From contig NMRA01000020.1 in assembly GCA_002633005.1 (NCBI GenBank), positions 211,621-275,620 of the forward strand: a DNA stretch of 64,000 nucleotides. The letters run 5' to 3'. Position 1 is the first letter of the stretch. Each line of letters begins with the position of its first letter. The translations under genes were made by a program, and so were the position numbers. The notes under the pieces were generated by a model, which saw nothing but the letters and a program-made list of their open reading frames with translations, was not told where the DNA came from and ran no database searches. Below, piece by piece: positions 51,438-64,000 of this stretch. Source of the DNA: Phoronis australis (Eukaryota > Animalia > Phoronida).

Positions 51438-54400
51438 TGATGGAGTTGCACCATTTCACAGTGCTACGAAATGTAGGAAATGTGGATTGTTGTTTATCAT
51501 GGCTTCTCATTGGTTAAAGTAATGAAACCGACGTCATAACATTCAGTCATTCCAATTGGTTGAAATCTAAGAAACCCCTTTCAGTTTACTATTACGTAGT
51601 ATAGCACCACCTTTGACTTGAATAGTTGCAATTTATTAAAACGGGTAGTGATCGTAGTAAACAAAATCAAGAAAACCCCGATCCCATGGCTAAGCCCAAA
51701 CAAGTACAGTGCATTGAAGGCGTGTGCAAGTGGTGGCGATGTGATTTTTAAACTTCCAACCAAGCATGCGCATTGATGCCCGCACACGGAATTCGACGTG
51801 TGTCCGAACACCCGTTCGCAGAATGGTGAATGCTGGCCAAAACCCTTTTGTCCACTGACGTCACACGCATGCTGGCGCCCCCCAATGTAGGTTAGAAGAC
51901 ATCGCACTGGTAGCCTGCCTTTGTAGAGTCTGCAGTTTGCTTACACAACTGGTAACTCGATTCAGGGTGATGACATCATTTGTATCAAACAAAGATAGTC
52001 TATTCCGATATATTTGTTTGTAAGCCAGGCCACGGACTGTGCTATTTACGGAAATTTAGGCAAACCTTTGGGCAAACGTGAGTCGACTTTGAACAATCAT
52101 GAATGAAAAACATACCATTTTGGTCGACATAACTTTCAATATTTTCATGCTCGGCCACATTCCACTCACAGACAACAGACGTCTTGTCACAGCCGTAATG
52201 TAAATCATGAGAAGCTGAAACGTAAACACAACCTCTGCATACTTAGTAACGTGGCCCGATTCGCAGTACCCGCTCTGACGCAGGACTACTGAGCAAAAAT
52301 TATTTATCATGCCGCAATCTCAGAGTTCACTATGTAACATATCACAAATACAATCTTAATTCTTATATTTTGATGATTGACGAAAGTCACGATACATGGA
52401 ATTATCCAAATCTATCTGTGACTCGTCTGATGCTACTTGTTCCGTACTGATAGGCTAAATCAGAGTTCTCATGGCCTCCACTGGGGGCACCAGCATGCAC
52501 GAGACGTCAGTGGACAAAAGGGTTTTGGCCAACATTCACCATTGTGCGTTCATCATGTTTCCAGAGTGCCACTTTTCAGAATAGGTGGCGCTGTGCCAGA
52601 GGGTGCTTACGGAGTGTGCATTTTTAAGTGATTAATGGTACATCCACAGGATTGGTGGAAAAGAAAGGTGGTCAAGAAGCACCAGAACTGACACGATTAC
52701 AAAAAATATAAAAAAGCAAACTTTCTGGTTTGAACTTCAACCATATCCTCAGTGCTTACTGTCAGAGTCATAAGAGACAACAAATATTTAGAAGTATGAA
52801 CAACTGAGAGGCCAAGGAGAGATTAGGAGGAGGTCTGCACATCCCTGTTTGGCGAAGTCATGGCCAAAGCTGTTGGCTAGTCGATGTAATATTGTTAATG
52901 AGTGACATGAATCCTTTCGATTCGAGAATTTGCCTGGACTCGTCGATGCGCAATCAGTTGGCCGTTGCTCTGATAACAAAGGATAAGTGCAATGTCAAAA
53001 GTCAATCGCTGGCTGAGTAGTCACCGAGTGACGATAGATGGCACTGTTGTGTTCACCAAGAACACCCCGCCTTAAGATTATGCAGGACTCCAGAATAATG
53101 CCCAGTTATGCCCTAATTCGGAACATAACATCTTAGATATGTCTGAGCGGATTGACGTGAACATTTCAGATCTTATGCTTATACACTGCTTTAAGAGTAT
53201 ATTTTTAGAATGTTCCACTGCATGCGGAATTGTCAAAAATAGCACTTTCGTGATTTTTGTGAAAAAAAAAGTTTCATACAGCAGAAGAATTGGATAAGTT
53301 TCATTTCACCAACTATTAACGCTGGGTGGACTCAGTGTCATAGCGAGGGGTCCGGCGTCCCGGGAGGCAGTTATTTGGCTAAATGTACGTAACCTAAACC
53401 TAGCATCGGAAATATTTGTTCAGACAACTTGACTTTTGAAAAGGAGCCTTTTCGTTAAAACGCACGCCTATCAAATGGCTATATACTCCGAAATCTTCCG
53501 ATTTCCAGGCAACGAGAATTTCTACCTCGTGTTCATGACAGATCCAATTTCAAGTGTCAAATTCGGAACACGGCTCAATCGTTACGAAACCATGGCTAAG
53601 TATAGGCTCTCCCGCGATATCCCAGGTGACCGGCAGTGGCGCTGCGCACTACGACTCCGTTTCCGTCGTCTGCAATGTAGAAAATTACTTCATTTTTTAA
53701 AGAAAATGGAATCTGAGTAGAAGCTTCTAGTAAGATGGGAATTTTAATCGAAGCCTTAGTGAATCACTCAGAAACTCATAATTCTCCCTTTGTCAAACCT
53801 TATTTTAGGACACGATTTCCAAAGCAATCGCGTCATTATTGCCAACACAAAAAACGGATTTGGTCTTTTGGGCAATTAAAGACTATTTTAAATACAACAA
53901 ATTTGTTACAAACTAATTGATCAAAATATAAAAAGTGTAATAAGCGTTACCAAAAAGAAGTAGGTTTCGCGTGCAAACGCTGTGGACCATAAACAAGTAG
54001 GTCTCTTACTATCAAATTGTGGGTATAGTCATGATGGTACAGTGGTAAAGAACGTGCTGCTTTATTTGCAAGGTCGTGAGTTCGATTCTGTGGTAATTGT
54101 AGTTTTTCATGTTTGAGACGTTCTCTTTTTTTCCTTTTTCTTTGCCTTTTTTTCTCAGATAATACTTCAGGAATCGAGGAAAATGCTTGATTTTAGAGGA
54201 AAAAACAGAAAACTTTCCTGGGCGGGAGGGTGGTTTGCCCCATTCGGTGCTATGCGCATCTAATCGTGCTTTGCGCAAATGTTTTCAGACAAAAATGTTG
54301 GGCTCCCTTGTGATATCCTAGATCCGCCACTGTTTTATACCATTGTCTGTGATGCGGAGTATATTTCGGGTCTTATTTTATTGGTGGAATGTCATTTTCA

Positions 54401-57400
54401 ATGTCAACCCAGAGGGAAAAGATTCAAAACTGCCCAAAATCCTTCTGTTATTTATTTTTTCCTCTCATTCACCTTTTGTTTTCTTAGCTAAGCACTCATT
54501 TTCTTATAAGACTGTGATTACAGGGTTTTTTTCGCCACAAACATCTTTGCTCATGGGTTTCAAAGCCGAGATCGGTACAGTAATGAAAACGTATGGCGTT
54601 GCAATACTCATGAGTTCAACATTTGCTGAAGTGTCCAGAAAAGTGAGCGGAACAGTCTCACTTATGACAGCCATGTTGCTATCGAATTTCTACTCGAATG
54701 GCGCCAAGGTTTATGGAGAGCTGATGGTTTACCCGACCGGATGCATGAGTGGATTGCATATTTAAGTCAACACTGCAGTCTCTTATGTTTCTACCTTCTC
54801 CCTTCAAAATCCCTGTATCAAGGTGATGACGTCGCATTTCTTCGTAATTACGTTGAAAGTATTTTCAACTACTATCCGTTACAGTTCTAGCTAAATATCA
54901 ACAACTCCTCGTCTCATGCACGTTGCCGTAATAGCGACAATTTACTGCGTAAATCATTTAATACATCAGCAAATAGCGGCCAGGCACAATAACACCATCT
55001 TAAACTCCGAAGAATTAAGTTCGACAGAAATGCCATTTAATTGACAGAAGTGCATTTTCACAAGAGCTAAGCAAGTGGTCATGTGGGTCAATTATTTCAG
55101 TGGTGGGCTATAGCCCCCCAGCCCCCTATGGTGCACCCCACCCATGCTGTCGGGTGTTCATTTTATGTTTTCTAGTCACCTTTTTATCAAAAGCATCGAT
55201 TTTAAATTTTCACCTTTTATGCATTTTGCTCGTTTTACCTTTTTCACATACTATTTCATTTCAGTTAAAATGTCTGAATGTTGACGTTCATTATTTTGTA
55301 ATGCGTTTGTAACAAACTATAGACCAAAAATTGTTGGTTTCCTCATTTTCTTTGCTCACATTTCAATCGATTTTTTATCAATAGGTATACATATCAATCT
55401 AAAATTAGTTCATTCATTGATCTTCGTAATAGTATTAACATCAACATTATTTTCTGTGTCTTAACAAACCTGTGGGTGTATTCAATTTGCAACACACTGT
55501 ACCAAATACCCCTGAGAGCATTGTTGCGCTACATATAACTTTAGCAGAGGCCCCTAGAGAAACAAATAGCTATGTTTTTCAAAGAACCACATGTTCTTCC
55601 AACACACTGTCGCTTATCTCGCCCCATTTTCTGAGATCATTGACTTTTGTAAGTGGGTTAAATATTCGTATTCCCCAATTATCTATAGTTAGCCCAGTTA
55701 ACGTTAAGAAGAAATATCAGTTTTGAAACATTTAATTTTGCCCGTGGCTTCGTTAAGAGGTTCCTATACCGTACACTTTATACATTGTTTGTCGTAATAA
55801 ATTTTCTTTATTTTTTCCCCTGTCTCCCTTTCATCTCTGGAATCTGAGGTTGTGACGCACCTTTATATTGTCGGAACATGTGTTTAATATAATGTCAACG
55901 TATGCCGGCGTTCAGGTACACAGGCGGTCCGTAGCAGACGCTCGTGAGGAAAGCTACAATGTCTTCACGAACTTTTCTTGCATGGCGATATAACAACTGA
56001 TAACTAGTCTTGCGTGATCTCGTTTTCCTAAGTCACAAGAACTATCTTTACCCAGTCTAGACCTGTGGTTGTGTCAGAAACACTGAAATGGACGATTTGA
56101 AAATCACATGTAATGTAGAATGATCGTAATTATGATGACAAGAATCATCAAAGTTTGAAGAAAAACAACAAAATGCTTCAATGACAACGCTCAAACTCGA
56201 GTCTTGACGTTGCATGATATTGATACAGTCAGATAAAAAATACAGGGAGAACCAAAAAAGAGAAATCACATAGAGACTGAATAACAATGTAAAACTGGTG
56301 CCTCCGTCCACACGTAAAATATGACTAGTTTGCTTCAAAATATCGACACATTCCTTTCCGTCGAAACAAAGCTGACTCTGTCTCAGGGGCGGATCTACGT
56401 TTTCAGTAAGGGGGGGGGTTTAGGATTCCCGCAAAGGTCGAATCCGAGGCACGTGGCGCCGAGAGGGGGGAGGTCGGGAGGGGGGAGACCCCCCTCCGTG
56501 TAAGACCATTTTTTTGTTTTTGTAGCCAAATAGTGAAATTTCCATGCATCCTGGTAAGTTTCTGGCACTAATAACATGTCTCTTGAGTTTTTCTTAAGAT
56601 AATTTAAAATCCTTCTCGATTTCGTCGCATGAACGTGGCTCACAAGTTTCGTGAAACCGTATTTGTGCACATCTGGGTATGAATTACGCCACCAGCAAAA
56701 ATTTTTGTTGGAACATCTGCTTATACACACCTTTTTAGCATACGAAAAGTCGTATATGAAAATGTGTGGTGTGTGTGGGGGGTTAAACAACTACCAAATA
56801 TTCAAAAGCATAAGGAGCACCCGACGGGGAGTAAAACATTGAATATCAGATGATCGCGTAACAGCAGCCTCAAGTTGTTTAAGAACGAAGACCTGTACTG
56901 TTAGTCTGGAAATAAACATGTGTTCTGTCTAATTATGAGAAAAACTGGCAAACGATGGTGCTCTCAGCTCATAGTATATTATTAAAAGCGACAATAAACA
57001 ATTAGGTATCACTTCATTAAGCTGAATCACGTTGACCACAATTGAAAAACGTCAAATGTATCTGGAAACGAATCAGCTGAAAACAGTTTCAAGAAACCAA
57101 AACATTCTGTACATCGTGGTGAAAATATAAACAGGACCAGTTCGCAGAGGGACCANTATAGAAAACGGCAGTGGTGCTTATTGCAGGTAGAAAGACGGTA
57201 GGTGTTGAGGTCGGCACTAGGGCTCCTTAGGAGGCCCATTGAACATCGCACGAGTCCCGCAAGACTTTGTTGTGAAAATACAGGCTCCCCGCAATTTCTG
57301 GTACTGTAAACTGTTCGCGAATGCGGTCACTTTGTCAATGTGAGTGCCCCCTTGGTCATTCCTTGTATAGACAAAACTTGTTAGAGTGCATCTTCAAACA

Positions 57401-57715
57401 GACTCGCGACCAGACCACGGCGCCCGCCACAATAGCAATTCTTCGGAAAACAAGTTTTTTTCAAAAGTATTACATGTACATGTACACCGTATGATATTGC
57501 GCAAGACAACTTTACTGTACACCACTCAAATTCGAGTTTCAAACGTGTGGGGTGTAATACGATGACACGGCATGACAGATGAGGTAAAAACGTTGCACGT
57601 CAATTCGCCTGAATATCAGGGTTGGGGCACCACAGTATTTCCCTAATCAAATCAAAACATATCTTAGAGTAAAGAAGCTAGTTATCTAAAGAAATCAGCT
57701 ATAGAGCTGCTCTTT

Positions 57716-58051
57716 CAGCGGTGGATCCATCTAAAATGCTTGGCTACTTCAGAAGTGTCGTCGGAAGCGCGCGCACAATTGATCTCCGGGGTTTTGTCGA
57801 TGAGCCACGAAGACTCGAAACGCGTTGATTTTCATAACAGCAATTCACAATGCAAAAAATATATTTTCAGAGTGAACCCCCCCCCCCTCATTTTTTCCAG
57901 GTTGGTTTACTTGGGGTTTACACACGCTGGCGGTGCCGGCGTTTTTGTTTTGCTGGAGACGTTTTTGTTTTGTTTTTTGTTTTTTTAATTTTTGGGTCCT
58001 GGCCCGAGGGGGGGTTTAAACCCCCTGAACCCCCCCGTAGATCCGCCACTG
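57716..58051. mobile_element. MITE of the CAGTGGCGGATC family
   Basis: CAGCGGTGGATC...GATCCGCCACTG termini; no clear TSD. Confidence 0.6.
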
Positions 58052-58374
58052 TGTCTTGATATTGAAGAATAACGCATAACTCTACGCGTCTTGTCACAAC
58101 ATGGGTAAGAACTCGGGTTGCATAAAAGTGAAAGATCTCTTAAGCCCTTCCTATCATTTAGTCATAAAAGCTTCGATTCCGTTACCAACCATTTGGTATG
58201 ATACTTTAAGCATTTCTTCTTCGATTTGCGTACTTTTAATCAAGAAATAAACGCAAAATTTAAAAAAAATAAATTTTTGTGTGACGTCGTCAGTGGATCC
58301 GGTCTCCGCCGTTGCGTTTTTCCACACCAGCCGCGAGCCGTAATGGAATCGAAAACTGAGTTCGACTGAGTATA

Positions 58375-58620
58375 ATGAAAAGTTGCATGTATGGAGGATG
58401 CAGTAATAGCAATCGGACAGACAATGTTAGAGTTTTTTGCTTTTCCAAAGACCCTAAGATCCCCAGGAATGGCACAGGTTCGTGCGTCACACACGGGTAT
58501 GGCAGTGCACGGTGGAGCAAGCGATCAGTTCAGGGGCCACGCTGTGCTCAGTCCATTGTGAAGAATTTTGCTTCGATCCGTCGCAGAAACGGAGATTTGG
58601 TGAAGGTTTCTCCAACGTAT
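58375..58620 (+). mobile_element. Frameshifted THAP-domain remnant of a DNA transposon
   Basis: MKSCMYGGCSNSNRTDNVRVFCFSKDPKI, then in the next frame EWHRFVRHTR...TLCSVH. Confidence 0.65.
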
Positions 58621-59063
58621 AAGTGTATTTGATGGAGAAAAGGTTATTGTATTGTACTATTGGTGGGAACGTAGATGTTAGGCACATATTGAGTATGAAC
58701 CTCAACATCAAATTGCGACTGAGATAATGAATGTGATTGCAGTAAGTTTACATCGGTCTGTTGTTCAATATTTTGTGGGAATGCGTGCTATCCACTTATA
58801 CGTCAATGCCCAATAGTAGAAAATGAGACGTAAATGCCACGCAAATAGTTTGCGGTCACGCCTCAGCGCAGCCGGTACAGAAGCTGGAGCCAAACACTGG
58901 ACCGAAATAATCGACGAATCGCAACGGTACAAAGCATTTATAATTTCGGAACAAACAAAGCAGAAACAAGTATCATTTACAAGAAATAAAATCCAGTTAG
59001 CATCACTATAATTAGATATGATCGTTCCTAATGCACTCTGCATTAGACTTACTTGTAAACATG

Positions 59064-61780
59064 GTGGTATCTGCTACCCAGCGTCGTCGTCAGCTTTTTG
59101 GCCTTGGCCTAGAACCCTCTCTGATGGTAGGTCTCTGAAGGCTGATCACACCTCCAGCCGACGATAGAGTTGCCATTTGTTCTCGCGTTGTAACCACAGC
59201 CACACGGTTGTTTCCTCCGCCGCTCTTATTGCAGACTTGAACAGATCAGCCCACATGCTGCCTGCTATAAACCCTCGACATCCAACTTCTATGGGAAGAC
59301 AGAAGCATTTCCATCCATTCGTTGCACATTCCTGCGATAGCTCTGCATACTTGAGTAGTTTCCTCTAGTGAGCCTCCTGCACTCTAGTCTCCCACAGCAC
59401 AGTTAACTCTATCAAAATCACTACCTTCTTACTGTCTGACCACAACACTATGTCTGGTCTTAACTGGGTGACTGCACTATGGCTCGGGAATGAACCCCTA
59501 GTGACCACATCCACCACTATCTTCCAGTCGGCAGCCATGCCTAGCACACCCGAATTGCACTTCTTAGTGGATATTACGCCTTTGTAAAATTGGATGAATG
59601 TCTTGCCAGAGTTAGCCACCTTCCTTCTCTCCAGATCTAAAACATGTGCAATACACTTAAGTATCTTGTCATGGCGCCAGGTATAGTACTTTCCTGCAGT
59701 GAGAGCTTCTCTGCAGCTGGATAGAACGTGTTTTAAGGTACACCGCTTGCCACAGCTTCTGCAGCTGTCATCCTCAGTTTTGCCCCACGTTCGGAGATTG
59801 ACAGGAGTTGGGAGAGTGTCATATATGGAGCCAAGTAAGAGTCCCTATCTGAACTGGTCTGAAGACAGATCTTTACCAGTTATCCTTCTGCTGTACACTC
59901 CTTCCCATGGTGTCAATGCACCCTGTTTACTCAGTCCGACTGCTTCAGCATATATTCTCTCATTCTCCTGGGATCTCACTTCGTCCAGAACCATTTTGCG
60001 CCTCTCTTTGCCTGTTGACGACATCCACTTCTTCCCTGGAACCATTCCCAATCCCTGTCTTCCATGGCAGACGGTGCCCACGATGTCTTTATACCTTAAC
60101 CTGCTCTCGGCCACCTCTACTGCCACAGCAGCCTTCCACTTTCTTCCAGAGTCTACCGATAATTCGCTGTCTCTTATCAACTCAACTCTTGAGTTCCGCA
60201 AAGTCAGTAATGTTCTGCACTTTACTACCTTGAACTCCTCCATAATCGATGTCACCGCTAGAGAAACAGCACCTCCTTTGATGTAAAGCTCAAGTCTTGC
60301 AAAGGTTGGTGGGACACCTAACCATTTCCTTAATCATCTGCTCATCATCTTTTCCATTTTTTCTGCAGATGAAATTGAGAAATTACACATTGTCAGTGGC
60401 CAGTAGTGGAGGATTTATAGGGGGGCCAAGGGGGCTATGACCCCCATAACTCAAAATCCTGGATCCGCCCACATTACTTTAGGGAAAAGTCCAAACTGGT
60501 AAAACCAGACTTTAAATCTGCCCGGGAGACCGCTCTTCTCAATCTTGATAAAATTGATATTGAGCTCCTTGATGGCTGCCTTGACATGCTCCACATCTTC
60601 CAAAGACCCGCTGTAGGACTTGCCTAAGTATTTAGCTGGTCTACTGCTCACAGACAGAATGGCCTCCGATCCTATCTTGACCATATGGTGTGGGTTGACT
60701 TTCCCCTACCTAGAGCATACCCTGTTGTTATCGTCAAATCGTCCACAAATGCTCTGCAAGGTGGCAACCGTTTGCCCTGCAACAAAGGTCCTCTGCACTC
60801 TTTACTACTTACTTTGATGATTACATTCATGGCCATGATGAAAAGGATGATCGATATAGTGCACCCTGTCATTATCCCTTTCTCTAGCGGCTGCCATCAG
60901 GTAGTAAACTCGTTGACTGTGAACCTCATATAAGTCCCATGGAAATAACTTGTAATGAGATCTTGAAGTTCTTTGGGAATATGGTAGGTCTCCATTGCCA
61001 GTTCGATTAGTGCACGAGGCATCGATCCATAGGCATTTGCCATGTCCAACCATACCACTGCTAAATCTATCTTGTTCCGCTTAGCATATTTAATTAGCTC
61101 TGTTATGGCGCTATTATGCTCCAGACACCCTGCATATCCTGGAATTCCACCTTTCTGTGCCGATGCATCTACAAAGTTGTTGCTCAGGAGATAACTCGTC
61201 AGCCTGCTTGAAATGACTGCAAAAAAGATCTTTCCCTCTACATCTAAAAGTGAGATGGGACGAAAATCACTGATCTTGACGGCTTCCTTCATCTTCGGGA
61301 TATACAACCCCTCTGCTTTTTCCCAAGTATCAGGCAAAGTCTTCTGTTTCCTTATAACTGTCAGGAGCTTCCACAGAAGTTTTAACAGCCTTGGGCACTT
61401 TGTAAGGCAGATCCGATGGCCCTGGAGTTGACCCCGATCTTGACTTTTCTAGGACATTCTTCACCTCTTAAAACTTGATGTTACCCATTTCCAAGGCTAC
61501 ACTTGGGGCATCCTCAACCTCCATCCAACCAAAGTCCGCCAACTGTAAATCTCTGGCCCCGTTACTATGCACGTCTTTCAGATGGTTTTCCAGCTCCTCC
61601 TGTGTACACTTCAGACGTCCGCTAGTCTCCTTCCCTAGAATGCCCTTTACAAATTTGAAAGAGTTGGCTACGAACCTCTCTCTTGTGCGGGTACGCTCGG
61701 CCCTCTTCTTCCTCAGTCGTTCAGCTTTGCTTAGTCTCAAAAGCCTAGACCTTAACTCAAACCGAATCAGTGTCCGCTCT
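59064..61780 (-). mobile_element. 5'-truncated non-LTR retrotransposon with restriction-like endonuclease (Hero/NeSL-like)
   Basis: RT motifs FRPISLLDVEGK, QKGGIPG, WLDMANAYGS, AFVDDL. CCHC CRSCGKRCTLKHVLSSC and YTWRHD. RLE RPDIVLWS..IELTVLWE..K..KY..EVGCRG. A few stops and frameshifts. ACATG occurs at both flanks. Confidence 0.9.
60404..60468 (+). mobile_element. Minimal MITE inserted in the RLE LINE ORF
   Basis: AGTGGAGGATTTA...CCTGGATCCGCC interrupts the LINE peptide PKVMW|PLTM. Confidence 0.75.
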
Positions 61781-63884
61781 ACATGACTGAGCTTTGACAG
61801 TCAGGATAAAACTTGGGTTAGATGTAAAGTTCGAGACACTAATACTCGACACTAAAGTGATTAGAAAATTAAAACGTGAAATCAGGACTTCCCGCAAACT
61901 GACTAGGCTTCGACTCGACTTCACTCGCCGAGTTCGTAAGGTCTCAAACACGCAAAGTCTGCCGATATGGCGAGGTCTCAAGTGCCGTCCGCACACTGAC
62001 TTACCCTAGAACAAGTTACTCCTGGAACGAGTTGTCGCTAGGTTTGAGTGCTGTCTGGACACAATTTAATAGCTCAATTTACCCCTCTTGTGACATCATC
62101 GAAGTAGGGTAACTTGCGCCACGTAATTGGTGTGTGACCCCAAAAGTGGGGTAGGGAGGAAATAATTATCAGCTGCAGTTACGTACAGACGGGTTTTCTC
62201 TTGCATGCCGTGTTCAATTGTTACGCACAGAGCGACAACTCCGCCTTATCATAGTTATTGGATATGTGTGTGGGGAGGTAATTTGCACTAGTGCAAGTTG
62301 ATCTAGGGTAGGCTGCGTGTGAACGGGACTTTTCTCATTATCTGTTTCACCTATGGCCTGATCAGTGTCTTCTTCACCCCCATTTCCTTACCTGTCTTCA
62401 CAATATTTGTCAAGCTCGCTCTCTAAGATTTTCGTAACTTACAAAATCACTACTATAAGCCGTTGCATGTATACTGTCAACGAATATACGTCTTTCACTG
62501 ATGACATCAAATGGCGGGAAACCAAAAATAATTAATTTTTCTTTAAAATTCCTCCATTTTTCCCCAAAAGTGCTTGTTTGGTTAGATTTTGTGTTATACA
62601 ATTTTTATACACGAACTAATACCTCAAAAAGTGGCAAAAATACACGGCAGGAACGCTTTAAGTCTTATGTTCACACTGAACACGTTGCCCTAGAGCAAAC
62701 TACGTTCACACTACACGCCCTACACCTCGCGACAAATACTGACTAGGCGCGCACCTGGTGGCTACTTCCGCCTTGTCTGCTGGTTTGAAAAAGTTACCCT
62801 GCCTCAACAAAATGGGGTAAGTTATCTCACGTTTGTCAAGATTCCCCAGCGCAAGTAGCGTTCACACTCCATACAACTGCTTTTATACCTAACGACAGCT
62901 CCCTCTAGGAACGGCTGGTTTCAGGTCATCACGTAGTGTGGACGGCACTTTTGTTTTCCAATGATATCCTGGACACGTTCCTGAAGTGAGAACGCATTCG
63001 ATTTAAACACGTGTGACGGGCTCAATTTCTAAAGCTCGTGGGTGTTCAACAGAATATTTGCGATAAAATAACATTAAACTATCTAAATTTCGAGTTTTTA
63101 GTACATGATTACACTGTCACGTGATGGGCTTATCATGAACATCAAACAACATTATATCGATTTATGTAAAGAACTGTCGTATGCATATGTTTTATCGCAT
63201 TTCGTTCGTGGCACCAACAATGAAAACTCCATCAGGAATTTGATCCACAAGAGGGTAATTAACTTCTCGAAGACTATTTAAGAGCAAACGCATCCATGGA
63301 CATTTATTTTCCTTTCGCTAAGACTTGACGGAAACAGTAGAATACATCATGTATCTTATTGCACACACACGCGTGATTTTATTCTGTGGTAAGTTTTAAA
63401 TTTCGTATTTATCTTATAAATTTTTCTATTGTCGCCAGTCCTATTTGGTTCCTTTTTAATCTACAGGGATGCAGGTATCTTGGCCAAGCTGCATTATTAT
63501 TTACGTACTTTTTAAAGTGCTCGAGATTGCAATTGTATACAAAGTCGGTGAAAGAGCAGATCTTCACCCTGCAGTCATCCAAATACGCACGTGCGCTGTC
63601 AATTTTCTGACGGAATTCACTTCCTTATTTGGGCACTTGACTGTGTTAAGAAGCTTTTTAGTCGGTCCCCTCAATCCCCTTCGTAAAAAGCTACAGAAAA
63701 CACGACAAACACCGCCTGCTTTTATTTTGTTACAGCACGTGGTATAACAGCTTCTAAGATATAACTGCACCACAGTAAGGTGTATAAGGTGCTGCCGTTA
63801 CCGAGCGGCGTCAACATGGTTGTTCTGGTGACCACACTGTGCTTCTTGTCGCTTAGAGTCATTTTTACGAGCAATCACGAGTCA

Positions 63885-64000
63885 GAAGCCGTAGCGTATT
63901 TAGGGGGGGGGGGGGGGGGNNNGGGTGTGAAGGGGAGTAGACCATGCCCCCCTAAAATTCTGTCACATTCCATTTGTCAGTTCGAGGGTGCGAATGTCTG
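63885..64000 (+). mobile_element. MITE related to 7061-7819, cut by the window end
   Basis: CCATGCCCCCCTAAAATTCT...CATTTG.CAGTTCG.GGGTGCGAATGTCTG matches 7092-7150. Confidence 0.7.

Noticed and set aside
54020-54095. tRNA-like sequence with A/B-box-like motifs
   Set aside because: I could not form a proper acceptor stem or cloverleaf; it is more likely a SINE or TE-embedded remnant.

Overview
This is animal (eukaryotic invertebrate-type) genomic DNA: AT-rich, with GT-AG introns, microsatellites and one N gap. I found no prokaryotic features, rRNA or CRISPR arrays, and most of the ORF track is noise. Reading across introns gives three host loci. (1) A complete 5-exon minus-strand gene (28568-25877; 228 aa) encodes a secreted protein with three partly atypical Kazal domains. 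It has TATA/Inr and polyA signals, and the ORF track shows only fragments of it. A decayed tandem duplicate lies at 13956-16310. (2) Immediately upstream are the transmembrane and cytoplasmic-tail exons of an unidentified single-pass membrane protein (34682-33233). (3) A 3-exon SLC52-family riboflavin-transporter-like gene lies at 43140-46892 (484 aa). The ~9-10 kb tandem duplication supplies empty sites, which delimit a decayed ISL2EU-type transposon exactly (9818-13668; AT TSD; convergent THAP-DDE and SAP-YqaJ remnants). The rest is TE debris: L1/Tx1, RNase H LINE, CR1/L2/Crack 3' ends, a 5'-truncated RLE (Hero-like) LINE, a Gypsy fragment, several THAP remnants, and a MITE family with 5-bp TSDs. 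I did not find a convincingly new biological system. The best leads are the hidden Kazal gene, the orphan receptor-like gene and an unusual hairpin junction. All calls come from manual reading; no database searches were run.
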